Positions 26,162 to 36,944 of a stretch of 64,000 nucleotides of DNA are shown piece after piece. Source of the DNA: Sphingomonas sp. Lineage in GTDB: Bacteria > Pseudomonadota > Alphaproteobacteria > Sphingomonadales > Sphingomonadaceae. The notes beneath the pieces are model-generated. The model searched no databases, was not told the DNA's origin, and was given only the letters and a program-made list of their open reading frames with translations. Position 1 is the stretch's first letter; the number at the start of each line of letters is the position of its first letter. A program made the position numbers and the translations under genes. Location: positions 2,381 to 66,380 of the forward strand of contig NZ_DASWTG010000041.1 in the NCBI RefSeq assembly GCF_036402235.1. The letters run 5' to 3'.

Positions 26162-28801
26162 ATGACCATGCGTATGCTGATCGACGCACGCCACCGGGAA
26201 GAGACCCGCGTGGCCGTCGTCAAAGGGAACCGAATCGAGGAGTTTGATTTCGAGTCCGCCGAGCGCAAGCAGCTCAAGGGCAATATCTATCTGGCCAAGG
26301 TGACCCGCGTGGAGCCCTCGCTCCAGGCGGCGTTCGTCGAATATGGCGGCAACCGCCACGGCTTCCTGGCCTTCAGCGAAATCCACCCCGATTACTACCA
26401 GATCCCCAAGGAGGACCGCGAGGCGCTGCTTCGCGAGGAGGCCGAGCATGCCGCCGAGGAAGCGGCGCTGCGCGAAGAGGCCGATGGCGACGACGACCAG
26501 GATCATGACGACGAGGAAGGCGGCGACGTCGAGGTCGTCGAGCGGCCCGCCGAGGAGGATGAGGAAGCCGCCGAGGGAGCCGATGGTGAAGGCGAGGACG
26601 GCGGAGCCAATAGTGGCGGGCGCCGCCGCCGCGGCCGCAAGGGCAGCGACGATCAGGTCGAGGCGCTGCGCCAGCGCCGCATGAGCCTGCGCCGCCGCTA
26701 CAAGATCCAGGACGTGATCCGCCGCCGCCAAGTGCTGCTGGTCCAGGTCGTCAAGGAAGAGCGCGGCAACAAGGGCGCGGCGCTGACCACCTATCTGTCG
26801 CTCGCCGGCCGCTATTGCGTGCTGATGCCCAACACCGCGCATGGCGGCGGGATCAGCCGCAAGATCAGCTCGGCGGCCGACCGCAAGCGCCTGAAATCGA
26901 TCATGTCGGACCTCAAGCTCCCGCCGACGATGGGCTGCATCGTCCGCACTGCGGGGCTCCAGCGCACCAAGACCGAGATCAAGCGTGACTTCGACTATCT
27001 CGCCCGGCTGTGGGACGAGATCCGCGAGAAGACGCTGCAGTCGTCAGCGCCCGCGCTGGTCTATGGCGACAGCGACCTGATTAAGCGCGCGATCCGCGAC
27101 ATCTACAATCGCGACATCGAGGAAGTGATCGTCGAGGGCGAGGAGGGCTATCGCCACGCCAAGGACTTCATGAAGCTGCTGATGCCGAGCCACGCCAAGA
27201 AGGTGAAGCACTACAGCGACGCGGTGCCGCTGTTCCAGCGCGCGCATGTCGAGGACCAGCTTGCGGCGATGTACCACCCGGTGGTGCAGCTCAAGAGCGG
27301 CGGCTATCTCGTGATCAACCCGACCGAGGCGCTGGTCTCGATCGACATCAACTCGGGCCGCTCGACGCGCGAGCATAATATCGAGCAGACCGCGACCGCG
27401 ACCAACCTCGAGGCGGCGCAGGAGATCGCGCGCCAGCTGCGCCTGCGCGACATGGCCGGGCTCGTCGTCATCGACTTCATCGACATGGACCACGGATCGA
27501 ATGTCCGGAAGGTCGAGAAGGCGATGAAGGAAGCGCTCAAGAACGATCGCGCGCGCATCCAGGTCGGCCGCATCAGCGCGTTCGGCCTGATGGAGATGAG
27601 CCGCCAGCGCCTGCGCACCGGCGTGCTCGAGGCGTCGACCGTGACCTGCCCGCATTGCGAAGGCACGGGCCTGGTCCGCACGGCTTCGTCGGCGGGCCTC
27701 TCCGCGCTGCGCCTGATCGAGGACGAGGCCGCGCGCGGCCGCGGCTCGCTGCTCACGCTGCGCTGCAGCCAGGAAGCGGCCTTCTACGTGCTCAACAAGA
27801 AGCGTGCGGACATCGCCGAGATCGAGGACCGCTATGGCGTGACCGTCGAGATCCTTTCGGACGGCGAGCTCGAAGGCGCGCGCATGTCGGTCGAGGCCAG
27901 CGGGCCGCCCCCCGCGCATGCGCCGAAGTTCGCCGCCGCGATCGAGGAGATCGAGGAGGACGTCGTCGAGGAGATCGACGAGGAAGAGGACGAAGAGGAA
28001 GTCGAGGCCCGCGAGCCGCGCCGCGAGCGCAGCGACCGGGGCGAGGGCGAAGGTGAGGGTCGCAAGCGCCGCCGTCGTCGTCGTGGCCGCCGTGGTCGCC
28101 GCGACGAGGAGAATGGCGAGCGCCAGGAGGCGGAGGATGCCGCCGACGAGAGCGAGGGCGAGCCGGAAGAGGCCGATGAGGCAGAAGCGCCCGCTGAAGC
28201 TGCCGGCGACGAGGGCGAGCCGCGCAAGCGTCGCCGTCGCGGCCGCCGCGGTGGCCGCCGCGGTGCCGCGGGCGAGGGCGGCGAAGGTGCCGAGGCCGAA
28301 GCCGGCGAGACGGCCGAGGAAGCGGCTGCCGAACCGGTGACGGTGGAAGCCGAGCCCGAGCCGGTTGCCGAGGAAGCGCCGGTCAAGCCCAAGCGTACGC
28401 GCCGCAAGAAGGCTGATGCCGAGGCCGCCGGGCCCCCGGTCGCCGCGATCGACGAGGCGACCGCTGCGGCAGGCATCGCCGCCGAGCCGCAGCCCGTGGT
28501 TGCCGAGGAAGCGCCGGCCAAGCCCAAGCGCGCGCGCCGCAAGAAGGCCGATGTCGAGGCGGAAGCGCAAGCCCCCGCCGCCGAGGCTGCACCCGCAGCT
28601 GAGGCTGCCGCCGAGCCGGTTGCGGAGGAAGCACCGGCCAAGCCCAAGCGCCGCAGCCGCGCCAAGGCGGCCGCGCCGGTCGCGCAGGACCTGGAGCCGG
28701 CAGCTGCCGTTACAGCCCCGGCCGATGGCGAAGCGGAAGCCGGCGAGGGCGAAGGCGGCGAGCCGCGCCGCGGCTGGTGGCAGCGCACCTTCGGAGCGTG
28801 A
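26162..28801 (+). CDS. rne: Ribonuclease E
   Basis: MLIDARH, GNIYLAKV, HGFLAFSEI, DINSG, IDFIDM and CPHC Zn-link; disordered Arg/Glu-rich CTD ending RRGWWQRTFG. Confidence 0.97.
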   Translation: MTMRMLIDARHREETRVAVVKGNRIEEFDFESAERKQLKGNIYLAKVTRVEPSLQAAFVEYGGNRHGFLAFSEIHPDYYQIPKEDREALLREEAEHAAEEAALREEADGDDDQDHDDEEGGDVEVVERPAEEDEEAAEGADGEGEDGGANSGGRRRRGRKGSDDQVEALRQRRMSLRRRYKIQDVIRRRQVLLVQVVKEERGNKGAALTTYLSLAGRYCVLMPNTAHGGGISRKISSAADRKRLKSIMSDLKLPPTMGCIVRTAGLQRTKTEIKRDFDYLARLWDEIREKTLQSSAPALVYGDSDLIKRAIRDIYNRDIEEVIVEGEEGYRHAKDFMKLLMPSHAKKVKHYSDAVPLFQRAHVEDQLAAMYHPVVQLKSGGYLVINPTEALVSIDINSGRSTREHNIEQTATATNLEAAQEIARQLRLRDMAGLVVIDFIDMDHGSNVRKVEKAMKEALKNDRARIQVGRISAFGLMEMSRQRLRTGVLEASTVTCPHCEGTGLVRTASSAGLSALRLIEDEAARGRGSLLTLRCSQEAAFYVLNKKRADIAEIEDRYGVTVEILSDGELEGARMSVEASGPPPAHAPKFAAAIEEIEEDVVEEIDEEEDEEEVEAREPRRERSDRGEGEGEGRKRRRRRRGRRGRRDEENGERQEAEDAADESEGEPEEADEAEAPAEAAGDEGEPRKRRRRGRRGGRRGAAGEGGEGAEAEAGETAEEAAAEPVTVEAEPEPVAEEAPVKPKRTRRKKADAEAAGPPVAAIDEATAAAGIAAEPQPVVAEEAPAKPKRARRKKADVEAEAQAPAAEAAPAAEAAAEPVAEEAPAKPKRRSRAKAAAPVAQDLEPAAAVTAPADGEAEAGEGEGGEPRRGWWQRTFGA
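28361..28670 (+). repeat. Three coding repeats in the RNase E CTD
   Basis: VAEEAP(V/A)KPKR(T/A/R)..K at about 28361, 28498 and 28616. Confidence 0.75.
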
Positions 28802-28921
28802 TGTGTCGAGCGGCGGGGATGGCTCCATTCCCGCCGCTCACGCATCGTTCATGCGGCTCGCCCCATCCCGCTCCGGGGCGTGCGGCAGTGACGGCCGGTT
28901 GATCGCAGGGGATAATCCGCC

Positions 28922-30283
28922 ATGATGCCGGCCATGCAGCGCTTCGTATCGCTCTTCGCGCTCCTGCTGCTCGTCTGCGTCACGAGCCCGGCTTTCGCCC
29001 AGTCGATCCTGCGCGATGCCGAGAGCGAGGCGCTGCTCGCGGACATGTCGCGCGACCTGATCAAGGCCGCCAATCTTCAGCCCAACAACGTCCGCATCAT
29101 CCTGATCAACGATCCGTCGATCAACGCCTTCGTCGCCGGCGGGCAGGCGGTCTATATCCATTCGGGCCTGATCGACGCCGCCAGCAGCGCCAACGAGGTG
29201 CAGGGCGTGATCGCGCACGAGCTCGGCCATGTCACCGGCGGGCACGTTCCGCTGGGCGACCGCATGGCCAAGGGCGCGACCGGCATCACCATCCTCAGCC
29301 TGTTGCTCGGCGCCGCGGCGATGGCCGCCGGCTCGGCGGACGCGGGCATGGGGCTGATGCAGATGGGCCAGCGCGCCGCGCTCGGCAATTTCCTCGCCTT
29401 CAGCCGTGCGCAGGAGGCCACCACCGATGCCGCGGGCGTCAAATATCTCTCCGGCGCCGGGGTCAGCGGGCGCGGGATGCTCGATTTCTTCAAGAAGCTG
29501 CAGCAGCAGGAATATCGCTGGGGCCTCAAGCGCGGCGGCGAGCAGAGCTATGTGATGAGCCACCCGATGTCGGGCGACCGCATCGCGACGCTGACCGCCG
29601 ATCTCCAGGCCGACCCGGCATGGAGCAAGCCCAGCGACGCGGCGCTGGAGGAGCGCTTCCGCCGCATGCAGGCCAAGCTGCGCGGCTATGTCTCCGATCC
29701 CAAGGACACGCTGCGCCGCTATCCCGAGACCGATGTGACCGTGCCGGCGCGCTACGCCCGCGCCTATGCCTATCACAAATCGGGCTATCCGCAGCAGGCG
29801 GCCGCGGAGGCGGCGGCGCTGGTCCGGGCCGAGCCGCACAATCCCTATTTCCTCGAGCTCGAAGGGCAGATCCTGCTCGAATCGGGCAAGCCAAAGGAAG
29901 CGATCGCGCCGCTGCGCGAGGCGACCGAGAAGACCAACTTCCAGCCGCTGATCGCCACCACCTTCGGCCACGCTTTGCTCGCGGTCGAGGACCCCGCGCT
30001 GCTGCCCGAGGCCGAGAAGGTGTTGCGCCAGTCGGTGGTGCGCGACCGCGAGAACCCCTTCGCCTGGTATCAGCTCGGCATGGTCTATGAGCGCAAGGGC
30101 GACAGCGCGCGCGCCGCGCTCGCGACCGCCGAGCGATCGAGCATGATCGGCGATATGGGCCGCGCGCTGCCCAGCGCGCAGGCGGCAATGGCGGGGCTGC
30201 CGCAGGGCTCGCCCGACTGGATCCGCGCGCAGGACATCGTCATGGCCGCGCAAGCCGCGATGCAGGACAGGAAGAGAAGGTGA
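28922..30283 (+). CDS. M48 metalloprotease with TPRs (BepA/YfgC-like)
   Basis: Signal peptide, INAFV, HELGH, EATTD, SHP and TPR-like C-terminus. Confidence 0.88.
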   Translation: MMPAMQRFVSLFALLLLVCVTSPAFAQSILRDAESEALLADMSRDLIKAANLQPNNVRIILINDPSINAFVAGGQAVYIHSGLIDAASSANEVQGVIAHELGHVTGGHVPLGDRMAKGATGITILSLLLGAAAMAAGSADAGMGLMQMGQRAALGNFLAFSRAQEATTDAAGVKYLSGAGVSGRGMLDFFKKLQQQEYRWGLKRGGEQSYVMSHPMSGDRIATLTADLQADPAWSKPSDAALEERFRRMQAKLRGYVSDPKDTLRRYPETDVTVPARYARAYAYHKSGYPQQAAAEAAALVRAEPHNPYFLELEGQILLESGKPKEAIAPLREATEKTNFQPLIATTFGHALLAVEDPALLPEAEKVLRQSVVRDRENPFAWYQLGMVYERKGDSARAALATAERSSMIGDMGRALPSAQAAMAGLPQGSPDWIRAQDIVMAAQAAMQDRKRR

Positions 30284-31032
30284 CCGATTCCATGGTGAAG
30301 AGTCCGCTGGCGCTCGTCGGCCTGATGGCGCTGTCCGCGGCGCTCGGTGGCGGGATCGTCCTCGGGGCGCAGGCGCTCGTGCCCGCCAGTGCCGGGAACG
30401 CGGACAAGGCGCGGATCGGCGAGGTGGTGCGCGACTATGTGCTCGAGAATCCGGAGATCCTGCCCGAGGCGATGAAGCGCCTGCAGGAGCGCGAGACGGG
30501 CAAGGCGGTCGCGTCGAGCCGCCCCGCGATCACCCAGCCCTATGCCAGCGCCTGGGAAGGCAACCCCAAGGGCGACGTCACCGTCGCGGTCTATATGGAC
30601 TATGCCTGCGGCTATTGCCGCGCCAGCCTGCCGATGATCGCGCGGCTGGTGGCGGAGGATGCCAATGTCCGCATCGTCTATCGCGAGCTGCCCGTGCTGA
30701 GCGAGGTCAGCCGCACCGCGGCGCGCTGGGGCCTGGCGGCGGCCGAGCAGGGCAAGTTCAAGCCGTTCCACACCGCGCTTTATTCGGCGGGGCAGCTGAG
30801 CGAGGGGTCGATCCGCGCCGCGGCGGCAGCGGCCGGGCTCGATACCGCGAAGGCACAGGCAGCGCTCGCTTCGCCGCAGGTGGAAGGCGAGATCGCCCGC
30901 AACCTCGAGATCGGCGGCAAGCTCGGCATCACCGGCACGCCCAGCTGGGTGATCGGCGATCGCGTCATCTCGGGCATGGTGCCCTATGAGGTGCTGCAGC
31001 AGACGGTGCAGGCCGCGCGCAAGAAGGGCTGA
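30280..31032 (+). CDS. DsbA family thiol-disulfide oxidoreductase
   Basis: CGYC active site, YRELPVL, GITGTP; GTGA overlap with the upstream gene. Confidence 0.88.
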   Translation: MTDSMVKSPLALVGLMALSAALGGGIVLGAQALVPASAGNADKARIGEVVRDYVLENPEILPEAMKRLQERETGKAVASSRPAITQPYASAWEGNPKGDVTVAVYMDYACGYCRASLPMIARLVAEDANVRIVYRELPVLSEVSRTAARWGLAAAEQGKFKPFHTALYSAGQLSEGSIRAAAAAAGLDTAKAQAALASPQVEGEIARNLEIGGKLGITGTPSWVIGDRVISGMVPYEVLQQTVQAARKKG

Positions 31033-31150
31033 CCCGCGTCCGTACGGGCGCGAGCGGAGCCGCCCGGTAAAAAATCGAACGAAGAACGAACATTGCGGGT
31101 TGCGCGAGGCGCATCCGTCCCTACATCGCGCGCAAATCAGGGGGCCTTCC

Positions 31151-32092
31151 ATGCAGCCGATCCTCTCCGTTCGCGGTGTCAGCAAGACCTATGCCTCGGG
31201 GCACAAGGCGTTGGGATCGGTCGATCTCGACATCAACAAGGGCGAGATCTTCGCGTTGCTCGGCCCGAACGGCGCGGGCAAGACCACGCTGATCAGCATC
31301 ATCTGCGGCATCGTCACGCCGAGCTCCGGCACGATCGTCGTCGACGGGCATGACGCCTTGTCGGAGCCGCGCGCGGCACGGATGAAGATCGGGCTCGTGC
31401 CGCAGGAACTGTCGGTCGACATGTTCGAGACGGTTCAGGCGACCACGCGCTACAGCCGCCGCCTGTTCGGCCGCGCGGGGCATGACGACTATGTCGATCA
31501 GGTGCTCAAGGACCTGTCGCTCTACGACAAGCGCCACAGCAAGGTGATGGAGCTGTCGGGCGGGATGAAGCGCCGCGTGCTGATCGCCAAGGCGCTGGCG
31601 CACGAGCCCGACATCCTCTTCCTCGACGAACCCACCGCTGGAGTCGACGTCTCGCTGCGCCGCGACATGTGGAAGCTGATCGGCAGCTTACGCGAGCGCG
31701 GCACCACCATCATCCTCACCACCCATTATATCGAGGAGGCCGAGGAGATGGCCGACCGGGTGGGCGTGATCAACAAGGGAGAGCTGCTGCTGGTCGAAGG
31801 CAAGGCCGAGCTGATGAAGAAGCTCGGCAAGCGCGAGATGGACATCGCGCTGGTCGAGCCGATGGCGGCGATCCCGGCCGAGCTGGACGAGTGGCATCTT
31901 GCGCTCGAGGATGAGGGCACGCGACTGCGCTACACCTTCGACGCGCAGGCCGAGCGCACCGGCATCCCCTCGCTGCTGCGCAAGCTCGGCGACCTCGGCA
32001 TCGCGTTCAAGGATCTCGATACCTCCAAGTCGAGCCTCGAGGACATCTTCGTCGACCTTGTCGAGCGCCGGGACGAGGAGAAGGCGGCATGA
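31151..32092 (+). CDS. ABC transporter ATP-binding protein (YadG-like)
   Basis: [26 protein letters not shown]; start MQPIL at 31151. Confidence 0.92.
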   Translation: MQPILSVRGVSKTYASGHKALGSVDLDINKGEIFALLGPNGAGKTTLISIICGIVTPSSGTIVVDGHDALSEPRAARMKIGLVPQELSVDMFETVQATTRYSRRLFGRAGHDDYVDQVLKDLSLYDKRHSKVMELSGGMKRRVLIAKALAHEPDILFLDEPTAGVDVSLRRDMWKLIGSLRERGTTIILTTHYIEEAEEMADRVGVINKGELLLVEGKAELMKKLGKREMDIALVEPMAAIPAELDEWHLALEDEGTRLRYTFDAQAERTGIPSLLRKLGDLGIAFKDLDTSKSSLEDIFVDLVERRDEEKAA

Positions 32093-32859
32093 GGGGCTTC
32101 AACCATCACGGCGTCTGGGCGATCTACCGATTCGAGATGGCGCGCGCGCTGCGCACCTTGTGGCAGAGCCTGGTCACCCCGGTGATCACCACCGCGCTCT
32201 ATTTCGTCGTGTTCGGCGGCGCGATCGGCAGCCGCATGCAGGAGCTGGACGGCGTCGCCTATGGCAGCTTCATCGTGCCCGGCCTGATCATGATGAACCT
32301 GTTGCAGCTGTCGATCTCCAACGCGTCGATCGGCATCTATTTCCCCAAGTTCACCGGCACGGTGTATGAGCTGCTCTCCGCGCCCGTCTCCGCCATGGAG
32401 ATGGTGATCGGCTATGTCGGCGCCGCGACGACCAAGTCGATCGCGATCGGCCTCGTCATCCTGTTCACCGCGATGCTGTTCGTCGACGTGCCGATCCGGC
32501 ATCCGTTCGTGATGATCGCGATGCTAGTGCTGACGTCGGTGACGTTCAGCATGCTCGGCTTCATCATCGGCATCTGGGCCAAGGGCTTCGAGCAGCTCTC
32601 CTTCGTCCCGGCGCTGATCGTGACGCCGCTGACCTTCCTCGGCGGCGCCTTCTACACGATCAACATGCTGGCGGAGCCGTGGCGGACGATCAGCCTGGCC
32701 AATCCGGTGGTCTATCTGGTCAGCGGCTTCCGCTGGAGCTTCTTCGGCACCGGCGACGTGTCGATCGGGGTCAGCCTGGGCTTCACCGCGGCGTTCCTGG
32801 CGGTATGCCTCGGCGTGATCGGCTGGATCTTCAAGACCGGCTGGCGGCTGAAGAACTGA
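32089..32859 (+). CDS. ABC-2 permease (YadH-like)
   Basis: Six TM helices; [18 protein letters not shown] and [11 protein letters not shown] motifs. Confidence 0.9.
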   Translation: MRGFNHHGVWAIYRFEMARALRTLWQSLVTPVITTALYFVVFGGAIGSRMQELDGVAYGSFIVPGLIMMNLLQLSISNASIGIYFPKFTGTVYELLSAPVSAMEMVIGYVGAATTKSIAIGLVILFTAMLFVDVPIRHPFVMIAMLVLTSVTFSMLGFIIGIWAKGFEQLSFVPALIVTPLTFLGGAFYTINMLAEPWRTISLANPVVYLVSGFRWSFFGTGDVSIGVSLGFTAAFLAVCLGVIGWIFKTGWRLKN

Positions 32860-32865
32860 GGTAAA

Positions 32866-32998
32866 AATCCTCCCCGGAACGGGGAGGGGGACCGCCGCCG
32901 AAGGCGGTGGTGGAGGGGGTCCGAGGCAATGGAATCCCTCGCCTCGGACCCCCTCCGTCAGCGCTTCGCGCTGCCACCTCCCCGTGCCGGGGAGGATT
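32866..32998. repeat. CIR/MITE-like element, copy 4
   Basis: aatcctcccc...ggggaggatt; long central stem (ggtccgaggc...gcctcggacc) with GAATC in its loop. Confidence 0.88.
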
Positions 32999-33002
32999 TA
33001 GT

Positions 33003-34865
33003 TCACCCCGCCACCGGCAGCGTGATCATCGATCCGGCACACACCCGCTGGGTCGCCTTCACGAAGTCCCCCGGCTTCGCCTTGTAGATGTTGGGCACGA
33101 ACGTTTGCGGGTTGCGGTCGATCACCGGGAACCAGCTCGACTGGACCTGCACCATGATGCGGTGGCCCTTGCGGAACACATGATCATGGTCGCGCAGCGG
33201 CACGTTCCACGCGACCACCTTGTTCGGCACCAGTGGCTTTGCCGTCTCGAAGCTCTCGAGCCAGCGCCCGCGGCGCACCTCCATCGCGATCGGCAGCTGG
33301 TAGCCGTTGAGCGTCTTCGGGTAGTCGCCGAGCGCGCTGGACTTGGTCGTCAAATCATAATCGTCGGGCAGCACGTCGATCAGCTTGACCACCATGTCGC
33401 TGTCGGTGCCCGAGGTCGATGCCTGCAGCGTCGCGCTGATCGCGCCGCTGACGGTCAGATCCTTGTCGAGCGGCGCGCTGACATAGGTGAGGACGTCCTG
33501 CCGCCCGTTCACGAAGCGCTGGTCCGCCGCCTCCCACCAGCGCCATTCCTGCGAGGGATAGGTGACCGAGATCGGCCGCTCGCGGTACGGCACCGGGTTG
33601 GCCGGATCGGAGACATATTCACGGCATCCTTCGCCCGCGGGCGCGGTGAAGGACAGCGATCCGTCGGCATGGAGATAGAGGCTGGTCGCCTTCGTCCCTG
33701 CCGGCGGCCATTTGGCGTAGTTCTTCCACTGCCACGACCCGCTCTGGAAGACCTTGGCCTCGCCCCTGGGCTGCGTGCCCTTGCCGTGCAGCCAGTATGC
33801 AAAGAACGGCGCCTCGATATCGCGCATGAACTCGGTGCCGCTGGGCTTGCCGAAGTTGACGTAGCCGAGATTGTCGCCCGCGCTCTTCCAGCTGCCGTGG
33901 TTCCATGGCCCGGCGACGATCATGCTCAGCCCCTTGGGATCGTCCTTCTCCATCCGCTCGTAGATCTTCCAGCCGCCGAGCGGGTCCTCCTGGTCCCAGA
34001 AGCCGACCACATGCAGCGTCGGCACGGTGGTGCGGCCGAGCCGGTCGGTCCACACCTGCCGCTTCCAGTGATCGTCGTAATCGGGATGCTCGATGATCTG
34101 GGTCAGCATCGGCACGCTGCCCTTGAAGTGCAGCTTGTCGAGATTCTCGACCGGGCCGAGCTTCAGGAACCAGTCGTACATATCGACCGGCGGCGGCCCG
34201 CCGGGATTGTAATCGAAATCCTCGCCGTCCTTGTTGTTCTGGAGGCCATAGGTCCAGTCGGTGAGGTAGGAGAGGCGGAACGCGCCGTAGCGGTGGAGGT
34301 CGTCGTTCATCCACCAGTCGTTCCACGCCGCCTGCGGGCTCACCGCTTTCAACGCGGGATGCGGCCGGGCGAGCGCCACCGCCGCGGCATAGCCGGGATA
34401 GGAGCCGCCGGTCATGCCGACGCGGCCGTTGTTGTCGGCGACGTTCTTCACCAGCCAGTCGATCGTGTCATAGGCGTCGCTCGCCTCGTCGGGCGCGTTC
34501 GAGCCAGCGGGGGACAGCGCCATCGACATGGCGAACACGCCCTCCGACTTGTAGCGCCCGCGCATGTTCTGGAAGACGAGGATATAGCCGTCCTCCATCA
34601 TGTACTTGATCGACGCCGGCACCGCCCTGGGCGCTGCGCCCGGCACGCCATAGGGGGTGCGCTGGAGGATCATGGGCAGCTTGCCGGGCTTGCCCGCGGG
34701 GCGCAGGATCACCGTCTGCAGCCTGGTGCCGTCGCGCATCGGGATCATCACCTCCTGAAAGGTGAAGGCGGCGGCCGGGGCCTGCGCCGTCGTTGCCTGA
34801 TGTGCCGGGGCGGGGGCAGTCAGCGCAGTTGCGAGGGCGGCGGCAAGAAAGCGGCGGTACATCAA
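33003..34865 (-). CDS. CocE/NonD family serine hydrolase (secreted)
   Basis: IPMRDG, RTPY, QNMRGRYKSEG, GGSY nucleophile, GPWNHG; signal peptide. Confidence 0.9.
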   Translation of the reverse strand: MMYRRFLAAALATALTAPAPAHQATTAQAPAAAFTFQEVMIPMRDGTRLQTVILRPAGKPGKLPMILQRTPYGVPGAAPRAVPASIKYMMEDGYILVFQNMRGRYKSEGVFAMSMALSPAGSNAPDEASDAYDTIDWLVKNVADNNGRVGMTGGSYPGYAAAVALARPHPALKAVSPQAAWNDWWMNDDLHRYGAFRLSYLTDWTYGLQNNKDGEDFDYNPGGPPPVDMYDWFLKLGPVENLDKLHFKGSVPMLTQIIEHPDYDDHWKRQVWTDRLGRTTVPTLHVVGFWDQEDPLGGWKIYERMEKDDPKGLSMIVAGPWNHGSWKSAGDNLGYVNFGKPSGTEFMRDIEAPFFAYWLHGKGTQPRGEAKVFQSGSWQWKNYAKWPPAGTKATSLYLHADGSLSFTAPAGEGCREYVSDPANPVPYRERPISVTYPSQEWRWWEAADQRFVNGRQDVLTYVSAPLDKDLTVSGAISATLQASTSGTDSDMVVKLIDVLPDDYDLTTKSSALGDYPKTLNGYQLPIAMEVRRGRWLESFETAKPLVPNKVVAWNVPLRDHDHVFRKGHRIMVQVQSSWFPVIDRNPQTFVPNIYKAKPGDFVKATQRVCAGSMITLPVAG

Positions 34866-34916
34866 CTCATGTCTCCCCGTTGTCAGGCGGGAATAGAGGC
34901 GCGGCGCCTGCCGCTG

Positions 34917-35624
34917 TCAATCGGCCTGCGGACGCAGCAGCGCCGGGCGCAGGACGAGGCCGTTGAGGTTGAGCAGCGCGTGCACCAGCATCGCGAACCA
35001 CAGCTCGCCCGTGGCCAGGTAGAGCGTCGCGAGCAAGGTGCCCGCGACTGCCGAGAAGATCATCCCCGCCCAGCCCTGATAGCGGTGCGCCCCGGCGAAG
35101 AGCAGCGTGGCGAGCGCGAAGCCGAGCGGTGCGCTGCCCGTCGCCAGCGCCGCGAACAACGGCAAGGCGAGGCGGAAGAACAGTTCCTCCACAATCCCCG
35201 CCGCGATGCCCAGCGCGGCGGTCCAGCCGAATTCGCCGCGGCGGCGGGGCAGGATGCGGTCGATATCCCCGGCGCTGAACGGCCGCCGTCCGCGCCGTAG
35301 CTGCCAGCGCGCAAGGAGAAGGCCGATCAGCGCTCCTCCGCAGAGGCCCGCAAGCACGGCCACCTTGAACGCCGCCCCGCCAAACCCGGCAAAGTCGCGT
35401 GCCGTCATCGCCAGCGCGGCGAACTCGACGGGCAGGCGGGCAAGCGCGTCAAGCCGTCCGCCGATCGCCAGTACGACGAGCGCGCTCGCCCCAAACGCGA
35501 GCGGCGCGCGGCGCATCCAGCGGCGGTATCGGGCGATCCGCCCGGTGCCCGGCGGCACCCCGCCGCCCCGGAGATACCAGGCATAGGCGGCAATGAGAGC
35601 CGCCAGCAGCAGCCAGTGCGTCAA
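34917..35624 (-). CDS. CPBP/Abi (CAAX-type) intramembrane metalloprotease
   Basis: GIVEELFFR, FAGAHRYQG and MLVHALLN motifs. Confidence 0.88.
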   Translation of the reverse strand: MTHWLLLAALIAAYAWYLRGGGVPPGTGRIARYRRWMRRAPLAFGASALVVLAIGGRLDALARLPVEFAALAMTARDFAGFGGAAFKVAVLAGLCGGALIGLLLARWQLRRGRRPFSAGDIDRILPRRRGEFGWTAALGIAAGIVEELFFRLALPLFAALATGSAPLGFALATLLFAGAHRYQGWAGMIFSAVAGTLLATLYLATGELWFAMLVHALLNLNGLVLRPALLRPQAD

Positions 35625-35673
35625 CCGTGCCGCCTCGGAGGTGGCGACATCGTTTGAATCCCTCTCTTCGTTC

Positions 35674-35769
35674 CGTCATTTTCGCGCAGGCGGGAATCCA
35701 TTCGCCGCGACGATGCGGATCGATCCTCGACGGCAGAAAGAATGGATTCCCGCCTGCGCGGGAATGACG
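35674..35769. repeat. CGTC-tagged REP doublet (cgcgcaggcggga subtype)
   Basis: cgtcattttcgcgcaggcgggaatccatt...aatggattcccgcctgcgcgggaatgacg. Confidence 0.88.
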
Positions 35770-35807
35770 GCGGGAAAGGTTCGCGCTCTGCCATCACCTC
35801 CGCCTGA

Positions 35808-36776
35808 TCAGGCGTTGCGGTGCTCGCCCCGCACCCAGCGGACGGTGCCCGAGCTCGAGCGCATGACGACGCTCTCGGTGGTCATCTTGCCCGGCTTGCG
35901 CTTGACGCCCTCGAGCAGCGAGCCGTCGGTCACGCCGGTCGCGGCGAAGATGCAGTCGCCCTTGGCCAGCTCGGTCAGGTCATATTGCTTGTCGAGATCC
36001 TCGATGCCCCATTTGCGGGCGCGGGCGCGCTCGTCCTCATTGCGGAACAGCAGCCGGCCCTTGAACTGGCCGCCGACGCAGCGCAGCGCGGCGCAGGCGA
36101 GCACGCCCTCGGGCGCGCCGCCCTGGCCCATATAGACGTCGATCGTCGTGTCGGGATCGGTGGTCGCGATCACCCCTGCGACATCGCCGTCGCCGATCAG
36201 CACCACGCCGCAGCCGATCGCGCGCAGCTCGGCGATCAGCTTCTCGTGGCGCGGGCGATCGAGCACGCAGGCGATGATCTCGTTGGGCTTGACGCCCTTC
36301 GCCGCGGCGATCGCCTCGATATTCTGGGTCGGGGACTTGTCGAGGTCGATCACGTCCGCCGGATAGCCGGGGCCGACCGCGATCTTGTCCATATAGACGT
36401 CGGGCGCGTTGAGCAGATTGCCTTCCTCGGCGATGGCGAGCACGGCAAGGCTGTTCGGCCCCGCCTTGGCGCAGATCGTGGTGCCCTCGAGCGGGTCGAG
36501 CGCGATGTCGATCTTCGGCCCCTTGCCCGGCGCGCTGCCGACCTTCTCGCCGATGAACAGCATCGGCGCCTCGTCGCGCTCGCCCTCGCCGATCACGACG
36601 GTGCCGTCCATGTAGAGCGAGTTGAGCGCGGCGCGCATCGCTTCCACGGCGGCGGCGTCGGCCGCCTTCTCGTCGCCGCGGCCGACCAGCGTCGACGCGG
36701 CGATCGCCGCAGCTTCGGTGACGCGCACCATTTCAAGCACCAGGACGCGGTCGAGCACCTTGCTGGCGGTCTGCAT
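35808..36776 (-). CDS. glpX: Fructose-1,6-bisphosphatase class II
   Basis: RVTEAAA, VIGEGERDEAPML, DPLEGTT, GGAPEGVL. Confidence 0.96.
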   Translation of the reverse strand: MQTASKVLDRVLVLEMVRVTEAAAIAASTLVGRGDEKAADAAAVEAMRAALNSLYMDGTVVIGEGERDEAPMLFIGEKVGSAPGKGPKIDIALDPLEGTTICAKAGPNSLAVLAIAEEGNLLNAPDVYMDKIAVGPGYPADVIDLDKSPTQNIEAIAAAKGVKPNEIIACVLDRPRHEKLIAELRAIGCGVVLIGDGDVAGVIATTDPDTTIDVYMGQGGAPEGVLACAALRCVGGQFKGRLLFRNEDERARARKWGIEDLDKQYDLTELAKGDCIFAATGVTDGSLLEGVKRKPGKMTTESVVMRSSSGTVRWVRGEHRNA

Positions 36777-36887
36777 GATCGGCGAAGCCCCTCTAAAGAT
36801 CGACGTTTCGGAGCGCGATAGGAGTGCGCGCGAGGCTTGTCGATGGGGGCCAACGCTGTCATTCCCTCAAAAGCCGGCAACGGCCGC

Positions 36888-36912
36888 GAAACCGGGGCCG
36901 GTTCGCGGCGTT
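36888..36912 (+). promoter_or_regulatory. Candidate ECF-sigma promoter
   Basis: GAAAC-N16-CGTT, 32 nt upstream of ATG 36945. Confidence 0.4.
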
Positions 36913-36944
36913 CGGTGCGTAACAAGGGATCAAAGGCGCGTGAC

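Noticed and set aside
36856-36880. Seventh CGTC REP (gtcattccctcaaaagccgg)
   Set aside because: The stem is broken and there is no partner arm.
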